A DNA stretch of 54,677 bases from a bacterium (GTDB lineage Bacteria > Patescibacteriota > Minisyncoccia > UBA6257 > GWB1-50-10): positions 1-54,677 of the forward strand of contig JAKALR010000003.1 in assembly GCA_021824045.1 (NCBI GenBank), written 5' to 3'. How positions within the stretch are numbered: the stretch's first letter is position 1; each line of letters opens with the position of its first letter. A model generated the notes under the pieces. It saw only the letters and a program-made list of their open reading frames with translations, was not told where the DNA came from and did no database searches. The translations under genes were made by a program, and so were the position numbers. Below are positions 27,944 through 37,517 of the stretch, piece after piece.

Positions 27944-29677
27944 CTATTCTTCGGTTTCCCGGATCACCTCTTCGAGAGAAACTTCGCCCTGGAGCGCTTT
28001 CAAAATTCCGTCCTGCCGCATGAAGACCATCCCCTGCGTCTTGGCCTCGGCGATGAGCGCGTTCTCCGTGAAGCCGCGGCTGATGATATCCGAAAGATTC
28101 TTCGTCATCTTGAATATTTCGAAGATGGCAACCCGGCCGGATATTCCCTTGCCGTGGCATATCTCGCACTGGGGATCCGGTTCGGCGTGCCATGACGTGT
28201 ACGGCTTTTTGAATTTCAATTCCGCCTTCATGCTCTCCGGAAGATTGCCGAGTTCTTCGTCGATGATTTTCTCGAGCGGCCCTGAAACCGGCTTTTCTTT
28301 CTTGCATTGGGGGCAGAGGCGGCCGATGAGGCGCTGGGCGAGCATTAAATTCAGCGATGACGCGAGGAGGAAGCCGGGCACGCCGAGATCGGCGAGCCGC
28401 GGCACAACGCCCACCGCATTGTTCGTGTGGAGCGTCGAGAGCATCAAGTGCCCCGTCAAAGCCGCGTTCACGGCGAGGTTTGCCGTTTCGGAATCCCGTA
28501 TTTCGCCGACCATGATGATATCCGGGTCCTGCCGGAGAATCTGGCGCAAGCCCGAGGAAAAGTCATACCCGATTTCGGGTTTCACCTGCGATTGGTTCAC
28601 GCCATCCATGAAGTACTCAACCGGATCTTCCAGGGTCACGATGTTCACTTTCTCCGAGTTGATCGTCTGCATGATTGCGTAGAGCGTGGTTGATTTTCCG
28701 GATCCGGTGGGGCCGGTGATGAGAATCATGCCGTAGGGCGCATCGATCGCCTGCTCGAGAATTTTGAAATTGTAATCGCTGAGGCCGAGCTCGGGGAGAC
28801 CCTTGAGGCCGGTCGTGGGATCGAGGACGCGGAGCACCACTTTCTCTCCCGAAGGAGTCGGGAATGTCGCGACCCGGAAATCGATATCGCGCCCCGAGAT
28901 GACGGCGCGGAACCTGCCGTCCTGCGGAATCCTCGTTTCATCAAGCTTCAGGCGGGACAAAACCTTGACCCGCGAGATCACGGGCTGGCTCAAGGCGATC
29001 GGCATCGAACTCACCTCGTTCAAATCGCCATCGATTCGAAAGCGGACTCGCAGGCGCAATCGTTCGGGTTCGATGTGGATGTCGGAAGCTTTTTGCTCCA
29101 CCGCTTCCCTCAAGGTGGAGGCGACGATCTTGATGATCGGCGCGTCTTCGCCCGCTCCCCGCTCCTCTTCAAGAGAAACCAAAAGCGAGTCGGCCTGTTT
29201 CACGTTGCCGATTTCTTCAACGGCCGATTGGACTTCGCTCTTATAGGGTGAATATTTCCTCCACACGGCGGCGATGTCCGACGGCGTCACGAGATACACG
29301 CCGAGGCTGATTCGTTCCTGTTTCGCGATGAATTTCAACGCTTCCTGCGCCTGCAAATTATCCGGACGGAGCATACCGACAATCAGCATATCGCCGTTCC
29401 TCGTGACGGGTATTACCTGATAGGTCTTCGAGGTTTCTTTGGGGATAAGGGCGATGAGCGCACTCGTCACGGCGGCGGGGTCAACTTTTTTATAGGGAAC
29501 GCCCAGGAGTTCACTCTTCACTTTCGCCACAGCGACTTCGTCGGCCAGTCTCCCCTGGTAGATCATTTCTTCCGCCGGCTGCCCCCGGAGACCCGCGTCT
29601 CGAAGCACCCGCTTCCCGACGGCATCGGTCACGATGTTCTTCTCCACTAATTTTTGAATAAGTTCCTGATCGGTCAT
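27944..29677 (-). CDS. pilB: Type IV pilus assembly ATPase (GspE/PilB)
   Basis: ASDIHIEP, PQDGRF, GPTGSGKSTTLY, LRQDPD, tetracysteine motif. Confidence 0.93.
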   Translation of the reverse strand: MTDQELIQKLVEKNIVTDAVGKRVLRDAGLRGQPAEEMIYQGRLADEVAVAKVKSELLGVPYKKVDPAAVTSALIALIPKETSKTYQVIPVTRNGDMLIVGMLRPDNLQAQEALKFIAKQERISLGVYLVTPSDIAAVWRKYSPYKSEVQSAVEEIGNVKQADSLLVSLEEERGAGEDAPIIKIVASTLREAVEQKASDIHIEPERLRLRVRFRIDGDLNEVSSMPIALSQPVISRVKVLSRLKLDETRIPQDGRFRAVISGRDIDFRVATFPTPSGEKVVLRVLDPTTGLKGLPELGLSDYNFKILEQAIDAPYGMILITGPTGSGKSTTLYAIMQTINSEKVNIVTLEDPVEYFMDGVNQSQVKPEIGYDFSSGLRQILRQDPDIIMVGEIRDSETANLAVNAALTGHLMLSTLHTNNAVGVVPRLADLGVPGFLLASSLNLMLAQRLIGRLCPQCKKEKPVSGPLEKIIDEELGNLPESMKAELKFKKPYTSWHAEPDPQCEICHGKGISGRVAIFEIFKMTKNLSDIISRGFTENALIAEAKTQGMVFMRQDGILKALQGEVSLEEVIRETEE

Positions 29678-29782
29678 GAATTACAAAAAGAAACACTTAG
29701 AGATACCGTGGAAATAGAGAGAGATAAATCGTGATTGTCGTATCTCCATTTATCTCCGTAATATATCCGCGCATATCCGTTC

Positions 29783-30073
29783 CTAAAATGGCGTGAACGG
29801 ATTAGTCCTCCCCGGCGTCGGTATCGTGAGCGATGAACCGTAGTTCGTCGTGAAATACTTCTGGAGCGAATTCACGACTGGCGTCGGGTCGACTTGAACC
29901 TGGGAAAGAGTCTTGATGTTGTTCAAGTTCCCCGGCAAGACGACATCGATGAGCTGCGGCTTGTTGAATAAGATGAAATACGCGACCGCGAAGACGAGTG
30001 CGACAAAAACCACGATCGCGACGACATTGATCCAATTGACCGGCTTCTTGTCTTGTTCAACCATGATTGCCAT
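29783..30073 (-). CDS. Small single-TM pilus-cluster protein (PilP position)
   Basis: TM helix and C-terminal GRTNPF motif; follows pilO. Confidence 0.6.
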   Translation of the reverse strand: MAIMVEQDKKPVNWINVVAIVVFVALVFAVAYFILFNKPQLIDVVLPGNLNNIKTLSQVQVDPTPVVNSLQKYFTTNYGSSLTIPTPGRTNPFTPF

Positions 30074-30077
30074 AGGA

Positions 30078-30665
30078 TTAGCTTTGTTGATAGAACGTAT
30101 TGACCGTCATTTGCAATGAATACAACTGACCGGGGCTCGACGGCGCCGTTCCCTGAGAAATATTAACCGGCTTGAAATCGAACGAAGTAACATTGATGAC
30201 CCGCGCGTTCGATTCCACAGATGTCAAAAATTGCTTCACGGCATCATAGGTCCCCACGACGCCCAAATTGACCGTGATCGTTCCCATCCCCTTCGCGAGG
30301 GGTTGATTGGAGTTCGCGAAGGCGTTCGCGACTTTGATATCGAGGGATTGGACGCTCGCCTGCGAGTTTTGGGAGATGGTATACCACTGATTCAAGGCGT
30401 CGGTGACGCCCGGCCCGATCGGCATGGCGAGAGAAAGCGTTTGCTGGAGCGCTCCGGCGTTCTGGAACTGGCCGATGAGTTTCGAAACCTGGGATACCGC
30501 GTTTTTCTGGTTTTGATATGCGTTCGTCTTCGAAGCGACCACGGACTGCAATTCGCTCGAGCTCCCGATTTCCGGCTGGATCAAACTCGTATAAACGATA
30601 ATCGTCGCAATCAGGAAGAAGATCGAGAACAGGATGCTTAATGCTCTTTTGGTTGACGGTTTCAT
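30078..30665 (-). CDS. pilO: Type IV pilus assembly protein PilO
   Basis: N-terminal TM, coiled coil, GTYDAVKQFLTSVESNARVINV. Confidence 0.8.
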   Translation of the reverse strand: MKPSTKRALSILFSIFFLIATIIVYTSLIQPEIGSSSELQSVVASKTNAYQNQKNAVSQVSKLIGQFQNAGALQQTLSLAMPIGPGVTDALNQWYTISQNSQASVQSLDIKVANAFANSNQPLAKGMGTITVNLGVVGTYDAVKQFLTSVESNARVINVTSFDFKPVNISQGTAPSSPGQLYSLQMTVNTFYQQS

Positions 30666-30666
30666 A

Positions 30667-31239
30667 TTATACGGGTTTCGCGAGATAGCTTTGGTTGAAC
30701 GTCAGGGTGATGGTGAACGACGTATTGCCGCTGGGATTGAATTGCATGCTCGAAAGAACCGCGCTCGCGAGTTCCGGCGCCTGCTCGAATTGGGAAATTT
30801 GCTCAGCGAGAACTTGGAGCGACGCGGCCTGGCCGGTCAATTCGAGAACGCCCGTGTAGCCGGTGAATTTCGCCTCCGAATAGAATACCTGCGGGAGCGT
30901 ATTCTTCTCGAGGAACGGGAAAATGTTACCGGTGAAGAGATGGCTTCCCAGAATGCTCTTCAGGTTGATGATTTGGGAGTAAATGTTGATGAATTGCTGC
31001 TGGTCCTGCTGACTGATGGAACTCGAGAGCTGCGATAAATTTTGATCGAGCGCATTAGATCGCGATTGCAGGTAATTCTCATAGCCGACGCTGAGCCCGA
31101 AATAAACTAAGAGCGAAAACGCGAAGAGCAGCACGGAAAAAACGAATAAGCGCCACGGCGTCCCGATTGAAACGGGTGAATTTAAGAACGCCTCATTGAG
31201 GCTCGTGGCTGGTTGCTGTTGATTTTGCTGCGGATCCAT
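30667..31239 (-). CDS. pilN: PilN-like protein
   Basis: TM, coiled coil, LE.NTLP.V...L.G.A; lies between pilM and pilO. Confidence 0.7.
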   Translation of the reverse strand: MDPQQNQQQPATSLNEAFLNSPVSIGTPWRLFVFSVLLFAFSLLVYFGLSVGYENYLQSRSNALDQNLSQLSSSISQQDQQQFINIYSQIINLKSILGSHLFTGNIFPFLEKNTLPQVFYSEAKFTGYTGVLELTGQAASLQVLAEQISQFEQAPELASAVLSSMQFNPSGNTSFTITLTFNQSYLAKPV

Positions 31240-31381
31240 ACCAGGTAGTAGAAATTCGATTTTTCTTGATTTCGAATCTTATACTATAATGTTAGCATTT
31301 TTCACACTCACGACTTTGCGGTATAAATTCCAGGCTGGGGAAACTCGAGAAATCTTATCGAATTTTCACTACCTGGCATTT

Positions 31382-32485
31382 CTATTCGAAATATCTCTCG
31401 GCCAAACCGATTGCCGTCGGAAATTCATTGTTCAACTGGCGGAGAACGGGTTCCAAGCTCAAATTATACGAAACTTTCCTGAAGACGTTCGGCTTCGTTC
31501 CCCGAAGGCCGGTCTGCTTCGTAAAATATTTCTCGATGCCGATGAGGTTCGCGCCACCACCCACGAGCATGATTTTTTTCGCTTCCCCGCCGTACCGTCG
31601 TTGATACACCTCTTTCACATGGTTTACTTCTTGTATTATAACATCCAGGAACGGAATAGTTAATGTTGATAACTCCGACTCCGGCCCTTCGGAGGATAAT
31701 CCCCGCCGCCGCTTCAATTCCTCGGCGCGCATCGTCGTGATGCCGAGGCTCCGCGCGACCGATTGGGTCAGATGAATCCCGCTGTAATCCGTGCCGCCGA
31801 CGTATTCCAGACGCCCGCGGGAAGCGACGAAGATTTCCGTTTCCTCCGCTCCGATATCGACGATGATCGTTTCATCCTCGCCCGCATCAATCAGGCTCCG
31901 CGTCATCGCCAATCCATTGAACTCGAGCGACACGAGCCGAAGCCCCGCCTCCCGGAAGATGTTTTTATACTTTTGAATGAGCTTTTTTGAGATGCCGACG
32001 ACGAAGATGTGTTGAAATTTTTGCCGGGCATCGGTTCCGAATTCGTCGATCTTCAACCAATCGATCAGGGCTTCCGAGACGGGCATCGGGATGTACTGCG
32101 GCGCCTGAAACAGAACCGCCTTGGCCGTCTCTTCGCGGGACATGAGGGGCATATCAATCACCGTGGCGAACGAGGCAAACGAAGGGATCGACGCGATCGC
32201 GAGATTGGTTTTCGGTTTCACTTCCCACACGAGCGTTTTCAACATATTCGCCGTTTCCCTTTCTTCGATCGGCAGGGAACTCGTTTGGATGGCCTTGTTG
32301 GGGTGGTTCAAGTAATCCTTGGTTTCCAGAATCCCGTAATTCGCGAGATTCAATTTGCCGCCGGTCTCGCTGATTTCCGCGAGCTTGATCGAGGCGGTTC
32401 CGATATCGACGCCGAGGATCGCTCTCCCCTTGAAAAAATTGAGGACGTCGGTGAAAAAATCGGAGACGACGTTCGTGATCTTCAT
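31382..32485 (-). CDS. pilM: Type IV pilus assembly protein PilM
   Basis: GVDIGTASIK, VDIGA..T, LVGGGANL, AIGLA. Confidence 0.9.
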   Translation of the reverse strand: MKITNVVSDFFTDVLNFFKGRAILGVDIGTASIKLAEISETGGKLNLANYGILETKDYLNHPNKAIQTSSLPIEERETANMLKTLVWEVKPKTNLAIASIPSFASFATVIDMPLMSREETAKAVLFQAPQYIPMPVSEALIDWLKIDEFGTDARQKFQHIFVVGISKKLIQKYKNIFREAGLRLVSLEFNGLAMTRSLIDAGEDETIIVDIGAEETEIFVASRGRLEYVGGTDYSGIHLTQSVARSLGITTMRAEELKRRRGLSSEGPESELSTLTIPFLDVIIQEVNHVKEVYQRRYGGEAKKIMLVGGGANLIGIEKYFTKQTGLRGTKPNVFRKVSYNLSLEPVLRQLNNEFPTAIGLAERYFE

Positions 32486-32617
32486 CCCGTTAGAAACAAA
32501 ACGCCTTTTTCATAAGCGGCTGCCTATGATGCGCGGTTAATTCGACTTTGTCGGCGATTATCCTTTTCATAAGTTTATGGTTTCTCACGGGATTCATTGT
32601 CTTATAATAATACCATC

Positions 32618-33373
32618 ATGGGGGAATTTGGTGAACTCGTGAATCTCATCGCGGATGCGGTCTTCCCGCCGCTTTGCCTTTCGTGCGAGAACATTCTCGG
32701 AGAGAACGAGAAGGTTCTCGCGATCTGCGGCGAATGCCTCGGTCGATTCGAAATCGGGAACGGTTTTTTCTGCCCGATCTGCCGACGAAGGTTGCCGGAA
32801 CCGAACGTGACGTGCCACAATAACGCGCGGTTTGTGCTGGCTTCGCCACTCTCCTTCGAGAACCGGGCAGTCCAGAAAATCATCCACCTCCTGAAATATC
32901 GGCACATCACGAAAGCGGCGACACCTCTCGCCTTTTTCACGGTATTTTACCTGACCACAATCTCGAGCATGAGGAGTGCCGGCCCGGAGGATTTCGTCAT
33001 GCTCCCGGTCCCGCTCCACAGATCAAAAGAACGGAGGCGGGGGTTCAATCAGGCGCTCCTCATCGCGCGGGAGATTCAGCGGCTCGCGGGAATGCTCGAC
33101 CGGGAGAAGAGGCTCCCCTCTTTCACGATCGAATCCGACGTCCTCGCGAGGGTGAAAAAGACCGCGTCGCAAACCAAGCAGAAAAACCGCGACGAGCGGA
33201 GAAGAAACGTGGAAAACGCCTTTGTTCTTACGGACAAAGCGAAAATAGAACGGAAGAACATCATGGTGGTCGATGACGTTTTCACATCCGGTGCCACCAT
33301 GGGAGAAATCGCGAAACTGCTCAAGGCAAACGGCGCGGTGAAAATCATCGCCCTGACTGCCGCGAGGACCTAA
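32618..33373 (+). CDS. comF: ComF family competence protein (phosphoribosyltransferase-like)
   Basis: FPP.C..C, PVPLH...RRRGFNQA, VDDVFTSGAT. Confidence 0.9.
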   Translation: MGEFGELVNLIADAVFPPLCLSCENILGENEKVLAICGECLGRFEIGNGFFCPICRRRLPEPNVTCHNNARFVLASPLSFENRAVQKIIHLLKYRHITKAATPLAFFTVFYLTTISSMRSAGPEDFVMLPVPLHRSKERRRGFNQALLIAREIQRLAGMLDREKRLPSFTIESDVLARVKKTASQTKQKNRDERRRNVENAFVLTDKAKIERKNIMVVDDVFTSGATMGEIAKLLKANGAVKIIALTAART

Positions 33374-34827
33374 TTTTCCTGGAATATCTTCGAGGAGCGC
33401 CCTACGTTCGCGCAATCAGAATTCTTCAAACACTGGCCGCTGCTTCCCCAGCCGGTTTGCGTCGTCGAGGTCGCGATGCAAACATTGTTGTCAATGCAAA
33501 GCCCCGTCGATTCTTGAGTCGTCATGTCGGGAGTCGCCGTCCGCGCGCCGGCATAGTTGGACCAGCCATTGCTGCCAGTGCCACCGGTGCAGTACGAACC
33601 GCCGTGGGGGCCGCCCTGGTAGCACAGTTCAACCCGGTACGCATACACGGTCCCCGGTGCGAGATTCGTATCGGTGTAGGAAGGCGCGGCGGTCAGCTTC
33701 GTTGACGTTCCGGCATTCGTGAAGTAATCATTGATGGCCACTGGGCCGCCGGTCGATTGCGCTTCAGCCGTGCCATTCATCATGTCGGCAATGCGGTTGA
33801 ACGCGCTCCCCACGGACGAAAAGATCGATCGGAGTGCATTGGAAACGGCGACAAACACATTGCTACCGCCGTAGGATACCGGACTTGCGATATTCCCCGC
33901 CACGATCGGATCGGTGCAAACGGAATCCGGCGCGCCAAGGCCGTCGGAGCGCAGCCAATCGATGCCGATGAACGAGCAATTTTGGATGCCGTAGTAATAA
34001 GAAAGACCCGGAGCGAACGGCCCCTTGTCGGTTAAGGAAATTTGCTCGCTCGTCGGACCGGCAGACGGGGTAAGATAGTTCGTTGATGTTCCACTGAATA
34101 CCGTCGTCCACACCGATGGGTCGTTCCACGTGCTTGTCGAAGGTGTTATCCCGGCAGATGTCGTAGTGGATGATTTCAAAATCGTATAGAACGGTGTGTT
34201 TCCGGTTTGCACCGTGAAATCAACATCGATCCCCTGGGAAGGGTTCTTCAGGACGTCGGGCGCCGTCGGCAGTGCCGGCGTCACCTGGATGCGCTGAATT
34301 TCGAAGTACCTCGAGGGATCAGTTGAAGTTGAATTGTCTTTCCAGTTCAAGAAGAGGGCGGTTTGTCCCCTTGAATAGACATTGAGGTTCGACGGCGTCT
34401 GGTTCGCGATAGAAAGCGTCGCGGCGCAAGCGTTCGTCGAAGACGAGGTGTTGTCATTGTACTTCGTCGTCAGCGTGTAGCAATAGGTCGTGTTCGCGCT
34501 GAGGCCGGTTTGCTGGAACGAGGTGACGGTTTTTTGGGAGACCAGCGTCGTTGCCGGCAGGGGCGAGGTTTGATTCAGCGTAAAGACGGGGCTCCGGGCC
34601 GACGTTCCGTACCAGGTTACCGACATGGTGTCGACGCTCGGCGCGAGGTAGAGCACATAGGGAGTTTCATTGCCGCTCGAAGCGCTGAGCGTTGTTGTTG
34701 TGGCGATATTCGAATCGCAGTACGTCGCCGTACACGAACCGGCGGCGCGCGCGCTCGAAACGGCAAAACCGCCCGCGAGAGCCAGGAGGCCGGATAGAAC
34801 AATTAAAGAAAATTTCCTCCCTGTCAT
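33370..34827 (-). CDS. Secreted Thr/Ser-rich fibronectin type III-domain protein
   Basis: Signal peptide; GLSANTTYCY, LNWKDNS, TDTNLAPGTVYAYRV; Cys-rich C-terminus. Confidence 0.75.
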   Translation of the reverse strand: MTGRKFSLIVLSGLLALAGGFAVSSARAAGSCTATYCDSNIATTTTLSASSGNETPYVLYLAPSVDTMSVTWYGTSARSPVFTLNQTSPLPATTLVSQKTVTSFQQTGLSANTTYCYTLTTKYNDNTSSSTNACAATLSIANQTPSNLNVYSRGQTALFLNWKDNSTSTDPSRYFEIQRIQVTPALPTAPDVLKNPSQGIDVDFTVQTGNTPFYTILKSSTTTSAGITPSTSTWNDPSVWTTVFSGTSTNYLTPSAGPTSEQISLTDKGPFAPGLSYYYGIQNCSFIGIDWLRSDGLGAPDSVCTDPIVAGNIASPVSYGGSNVFVAVSNALRSIFSSVGSAFNRIADMMNGTAEAQSTGGPVAINDYFTNAGTSTKLTAAPSYTDTNLAPGTVYAYRVELCYQGGPHGGSYCTGGTGSNGWSNYAGARTATPDMTTQESTGLCIDNNVCIATSTTQTGWGSSGQCLKNSDCANVGRSSKIFQEN

Positions 34828-34876
34828 CTTTATTATTATAGCAAATCAAGGCTTAATTATTATTGTTCAAAAACAA

Positions 34877-34916
34877 AAAACGCCATCATGTACCACAAAG
34901 GGTAATGATGGCGTAC
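34877..34916. terminator. Hairpin downstream of rSAM-1
   Basis: acgccatcat...atgatggcgt inverted repeat with an A-run flank. Confidence 0.55.
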
Positions 34917-34925
34917 GTTCGTGTT

Positions 34926-36002
34926 TTAGTTGCGATCAGATTTTAATTCGTCCAATCTGGCAGTAATGTACCGAAATGTCTCCTGGTAGGCGTGGCAGAA
35001 TGGTATATTGCCGTCATATCGCCCAGAAAACCAGAAAGCTTCCGAGCGGCAACCTCCTCTGCAAATCGGCAAGAATTCACAATTACCACAATTGGCTTTT
35101 ATGTGCTCGTCACGCATTTCCCGTAGTTTTTTAACCGAGCTATTGTTGAGTATTCTAAGAAGTGGCTCATGAAAAATATTGCCGAGCACAAATTCATTCA
35201 GGGCCAATGAGCCGCAGGGCACTACTTTCCCGCTTTGGGTGATAGTTATCATCCTTTTAAGACAGACTTCTGAGAATGAGCACAGTGTCGGTCTTGAACC
35301 GAGTAGTGACCGCAGGATGTTATCGAGTGGTTGAATTGAGGAAAAATTGTTCTCGGTATACATCCATAGATTAAACACATCTCTGTAGAGATCAAATATT
35401 TCTTCATCGCTCGGCAGGAGAGGTTTGGTCGCCAGTGGAACAGATTTTAATGGCAAGAGAGAAAAAGAATCGACGCCAATTTCCTTGAATAAATCGAAGA
35501 TTTCATGACTACGTCTGACATTGAGTTTGCTTATCACGCAGAGCGTTCTCAGCGGCAATCCATGCTGTTTGATAAGTTCGCATATGCCAAGCATTCTTTC
35601 CGGTTTGACACCCCGGTGGATCTCGCAAATTTCCAATGGGGCATCGAAACTCAAGCCAAGGTGGAAATCATTCTCTTTGAGGAAATCGAGCCAGCGATCG
35701 TCAAGAAGCGTGCCATTGGTTTGTATAGTGTTCCTAAACACAATGCCGCGTTTCTCTTTCTCCTTCTTCTCTGCGTCTAAAATCTTACTAAAGAATTCCA
35801 TGCCAACACTTAAGGGTTCGCCACCGAACCAACAAAAATCTACATTATCGAAGCCGAGAGAGCAATTCTGAATAAGTGTTCCCAGGTTTTTCGCATCAAA
35901 TCTACTTTTTTTATCCTGAGATGTGGCTGCGTGGCAATAGCTGCAATGTAAGTTACATGCAGAGGTTGTCATGGCTATGACTGTTGCCGATCTTTGTGGC
36001 AT
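34926..36002 (-). CDS. Radical SAM/SPASM peptide maturase 1 (anSME-like scaffold)
   Basis: CNLHCSYC, WFGGEPL, QTNGTLLD; SPASM C.F...C...VVPC...GNI...CGNCEFLPICRGGC. Confidence 0.88.
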   Translation of the reverse strand: MPQRSATVIAMTTSACNLHCSYCHAATSQDKKSRFDAKNLGTLIQNCSLGFDNVDFCWFGGEPLSVGMEFFSKILDAEKKEKEKRGIVFRNTIQTNGTLLDDRWLDFLKENDFHLGLSFDAPLEICEIHRGVKPERMLGICELIKQHGLPLRTLCVISKLNVRRSHEIFDLFKEIGVDSFSLLPLKSVPLATKPLLPSDEEIFDLYRDVFNLWMYTENNFSSIQPLDNILRSLLGSRPTLCSFSEVCLKRMITITQSGKVVPCGSLALNEFVLGNIFHEPLLRILNNSSVKKLREMRDEHIKANCGNCEFLPICRGGCRSEAFWFSGRYDGNIPFCHAYQETFRYITARLDELKSDRN

Positions 36003-36014
36003 TTCCTCACCCCC

Positions 36015-36215
36015 CTACGTATCAACGTAATATTCATGAGATGGAGACTCAATATAATACTGATGGAAATCAGTGTTGGCGCATCCGCTCTTTCCTTCAA
36101 TGACGCTCTTGATGATGCGTTTCACTGGGAGCGACACGTCGGATAATTTTTCCTCGGATATCTTACTTGCATCCAAGGTTACATTATCAGTAGCATCAAA
36201 CAACTCTTTCCTCAT
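36015..36215 (-). CDS. Putative RiPP precursor 1 (66 aa, tandem HxYY[IV][ED] core)
   Basis: AAGGAG RBS; 12 nt upstream of rSAM-1; core ...DFHQYYIESPSHEYYVDT. Confidence 0.7.
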   Translation of the reverse strand: MRKELFDATDNVTLDASKISEEKLSDVSLPVKRIIKSVIEGKSGCANTDFHQYYIESPSHEYYVDT

Positions 36216-36325
36216 GTCACACTTCTCCTTTTGGGATTTTTCTTCGTTACGGTTTTTTCAGAGAATCTGGACATTCCAAATTGTCCAAGGATCTGGTATT
36301 ATTATAACATAAACTAGACACTCGT

Positions 36326-37363
36326 GTGAAGATTATTTTAAAACTGAGCAAAACGGCCAATTTCTTCTTTTTCGTCAGTAATCTGTCGGAATGGCACTTT
36401 TCCTGCCGAAAAACATACAACGAGGCGTGGCTTAAAAAAACCGGGCCGCTCAAAGCCGAAGAAAAAAAAGTATTGTTATTATTCAAGAAAATAATGAAGC
36501 GGCGCGGATTTTCCCGAGACAAAGATTGGCAAAGTGAATATCTCGGCAAATATTTCTATCTGTTTCCAAAAGAGAGCGTTTGGAGGGAACTTAAAAAAAC
36601 TGCAAGCGAAAAGGAAATACAGCAGTTGAAAATGATCTTTGACGTCGTGCGTCCCCGGTTTGAAAAGATATGGAAATCGTATGATCCCGGGAAGAGAGTA
36701 TCTATCATCGAAAGATATATACACAGCAGGCTCTATACAAAACTTCTGGATGATTTGGGGATGGTTTTCGGAGGAAAAAAGAGTATGCTTGAGAAACTCA
36801 ACGTCGTCATTATCGTTTCCCCTCTCGGCAAAGAGACGACAGCGGCCGGCGGAGCAAACACGGGCCCAAGCAGCATAACCCTCGAACTTCCCAGCCTGAG
36901 ACCAAAGACTTGGCAACTGGACTTTTCCGCGATGATTCTCGCCCATGAAATAGCCCACAGTCTCTTTGAAAGACGCGGTGGTGCCGAACTTATTTCAAAA
37001 TCCATCACGAGATTGAGATTACCAAAAACAATCAAAAATCTTCCCGAAGGATTCAGCACCATGCAGTTGATCAACGAAGCCCTTACGGGAAGTTTCGTGC
37101 CACTCGGTTACTTTGGTCAAAAGTATACCCAATTCAGATTAGCCCCGCTTTTGTTAAACGATTTAAACAAGGGTCTCATTGGTTATCAAAAACTGTCATG
37201 CGGAGAGAAGATAAACTATTACAATGAATTGGAATATTATCTCATCCCCAGCTTGTATTCTCTCGCAATCATCTATGGGAGGAATAAAAAATCAATCGAC
37301 CGGAATTTCGTTCTTGAGGTAGCGAAAACTATAAAAACCTCTCTGCGCTACCGTTCACCGTAG
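36326..37363 (+). CDS. HExxH metalloprotease-like protein
   Basis: ILAHEIAH plus downstream NEAL third-ligand-like motif; stop codon supplied by the 65-bp repeat. Confidence 0.6.
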   Translation: MKIILKLSKTANFFFFVSNLSEWHFSCRKTYNEAWLKKTGPLKAEEKKVLLLFKKIMKRRGFSRDKDWQSEYLGKYFYLFPKESVWRELKKTASEKEIQQLKMIFDVVRPRFEKIWKSYDPGKRVSIIERYIHSRLYTKLLDDLGMVFGGKKSMLEKLNVVIIVSPLGKETTAAGGANTGPSSITLELPSLRPKTWQLDFSAMILAHEIAHSLFERRGGAELISKSITRLRLPKTIKNLPEGFSTMQLINEALTGSFVPLGYFGQKYTQFRLAPLLLNDLNKGLIGYQKLSCGEKINYYNELEYYLIPSLYSLAIIYGRNKKSIDRNFVLEVAKTIKTSLRYRSP

Positions 37364-37396
37364 CGCCTCACTTTCTCCCATATGGGAAAAAGTGAA
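37332..37396. repeat. 65-bp double-hairpin repeat A, copy 1
   Basis: Identical to 39810-39874; contains gcgctaccgttcaccgtagcgc and tcactttctcccatatgggaaaaagtga palindromes. Confidence 0.9.
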
Positions 37397-37398
37397 AT

Positions 37399-37453
37399 CC
37401 ACTGCACGGTGAAACCATTTGCCGAAACGGCGGTCGTTGTCACACCGGTCGGC
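37399..37453 (-). pseudogene. 55-bp relic of the FN3 C-terminus of the 47607-49787 surface protein
   Basis: Encodes PTGVTTTAVSANGFTVQW, matching PTGVTTTAVSANSFTVQW at ~47793-47848 with mostly silent changes. Confidence 0.75.
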
Positions 37454-37517
37454 CTGTTTGTTAAAGTTTTCGCATGCTCCCAATAAGCGGCAACGGAGCG
37501 TGATACACTTATTACAT

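Noticed and set aside
34926-36002. Anaerobic sulfatase maturase function for rSAM-1
   Set aside because: Scaffold is anSME-like, but there is no sulfatase in the window and a peptide gene is tightly linked; not fully excluded
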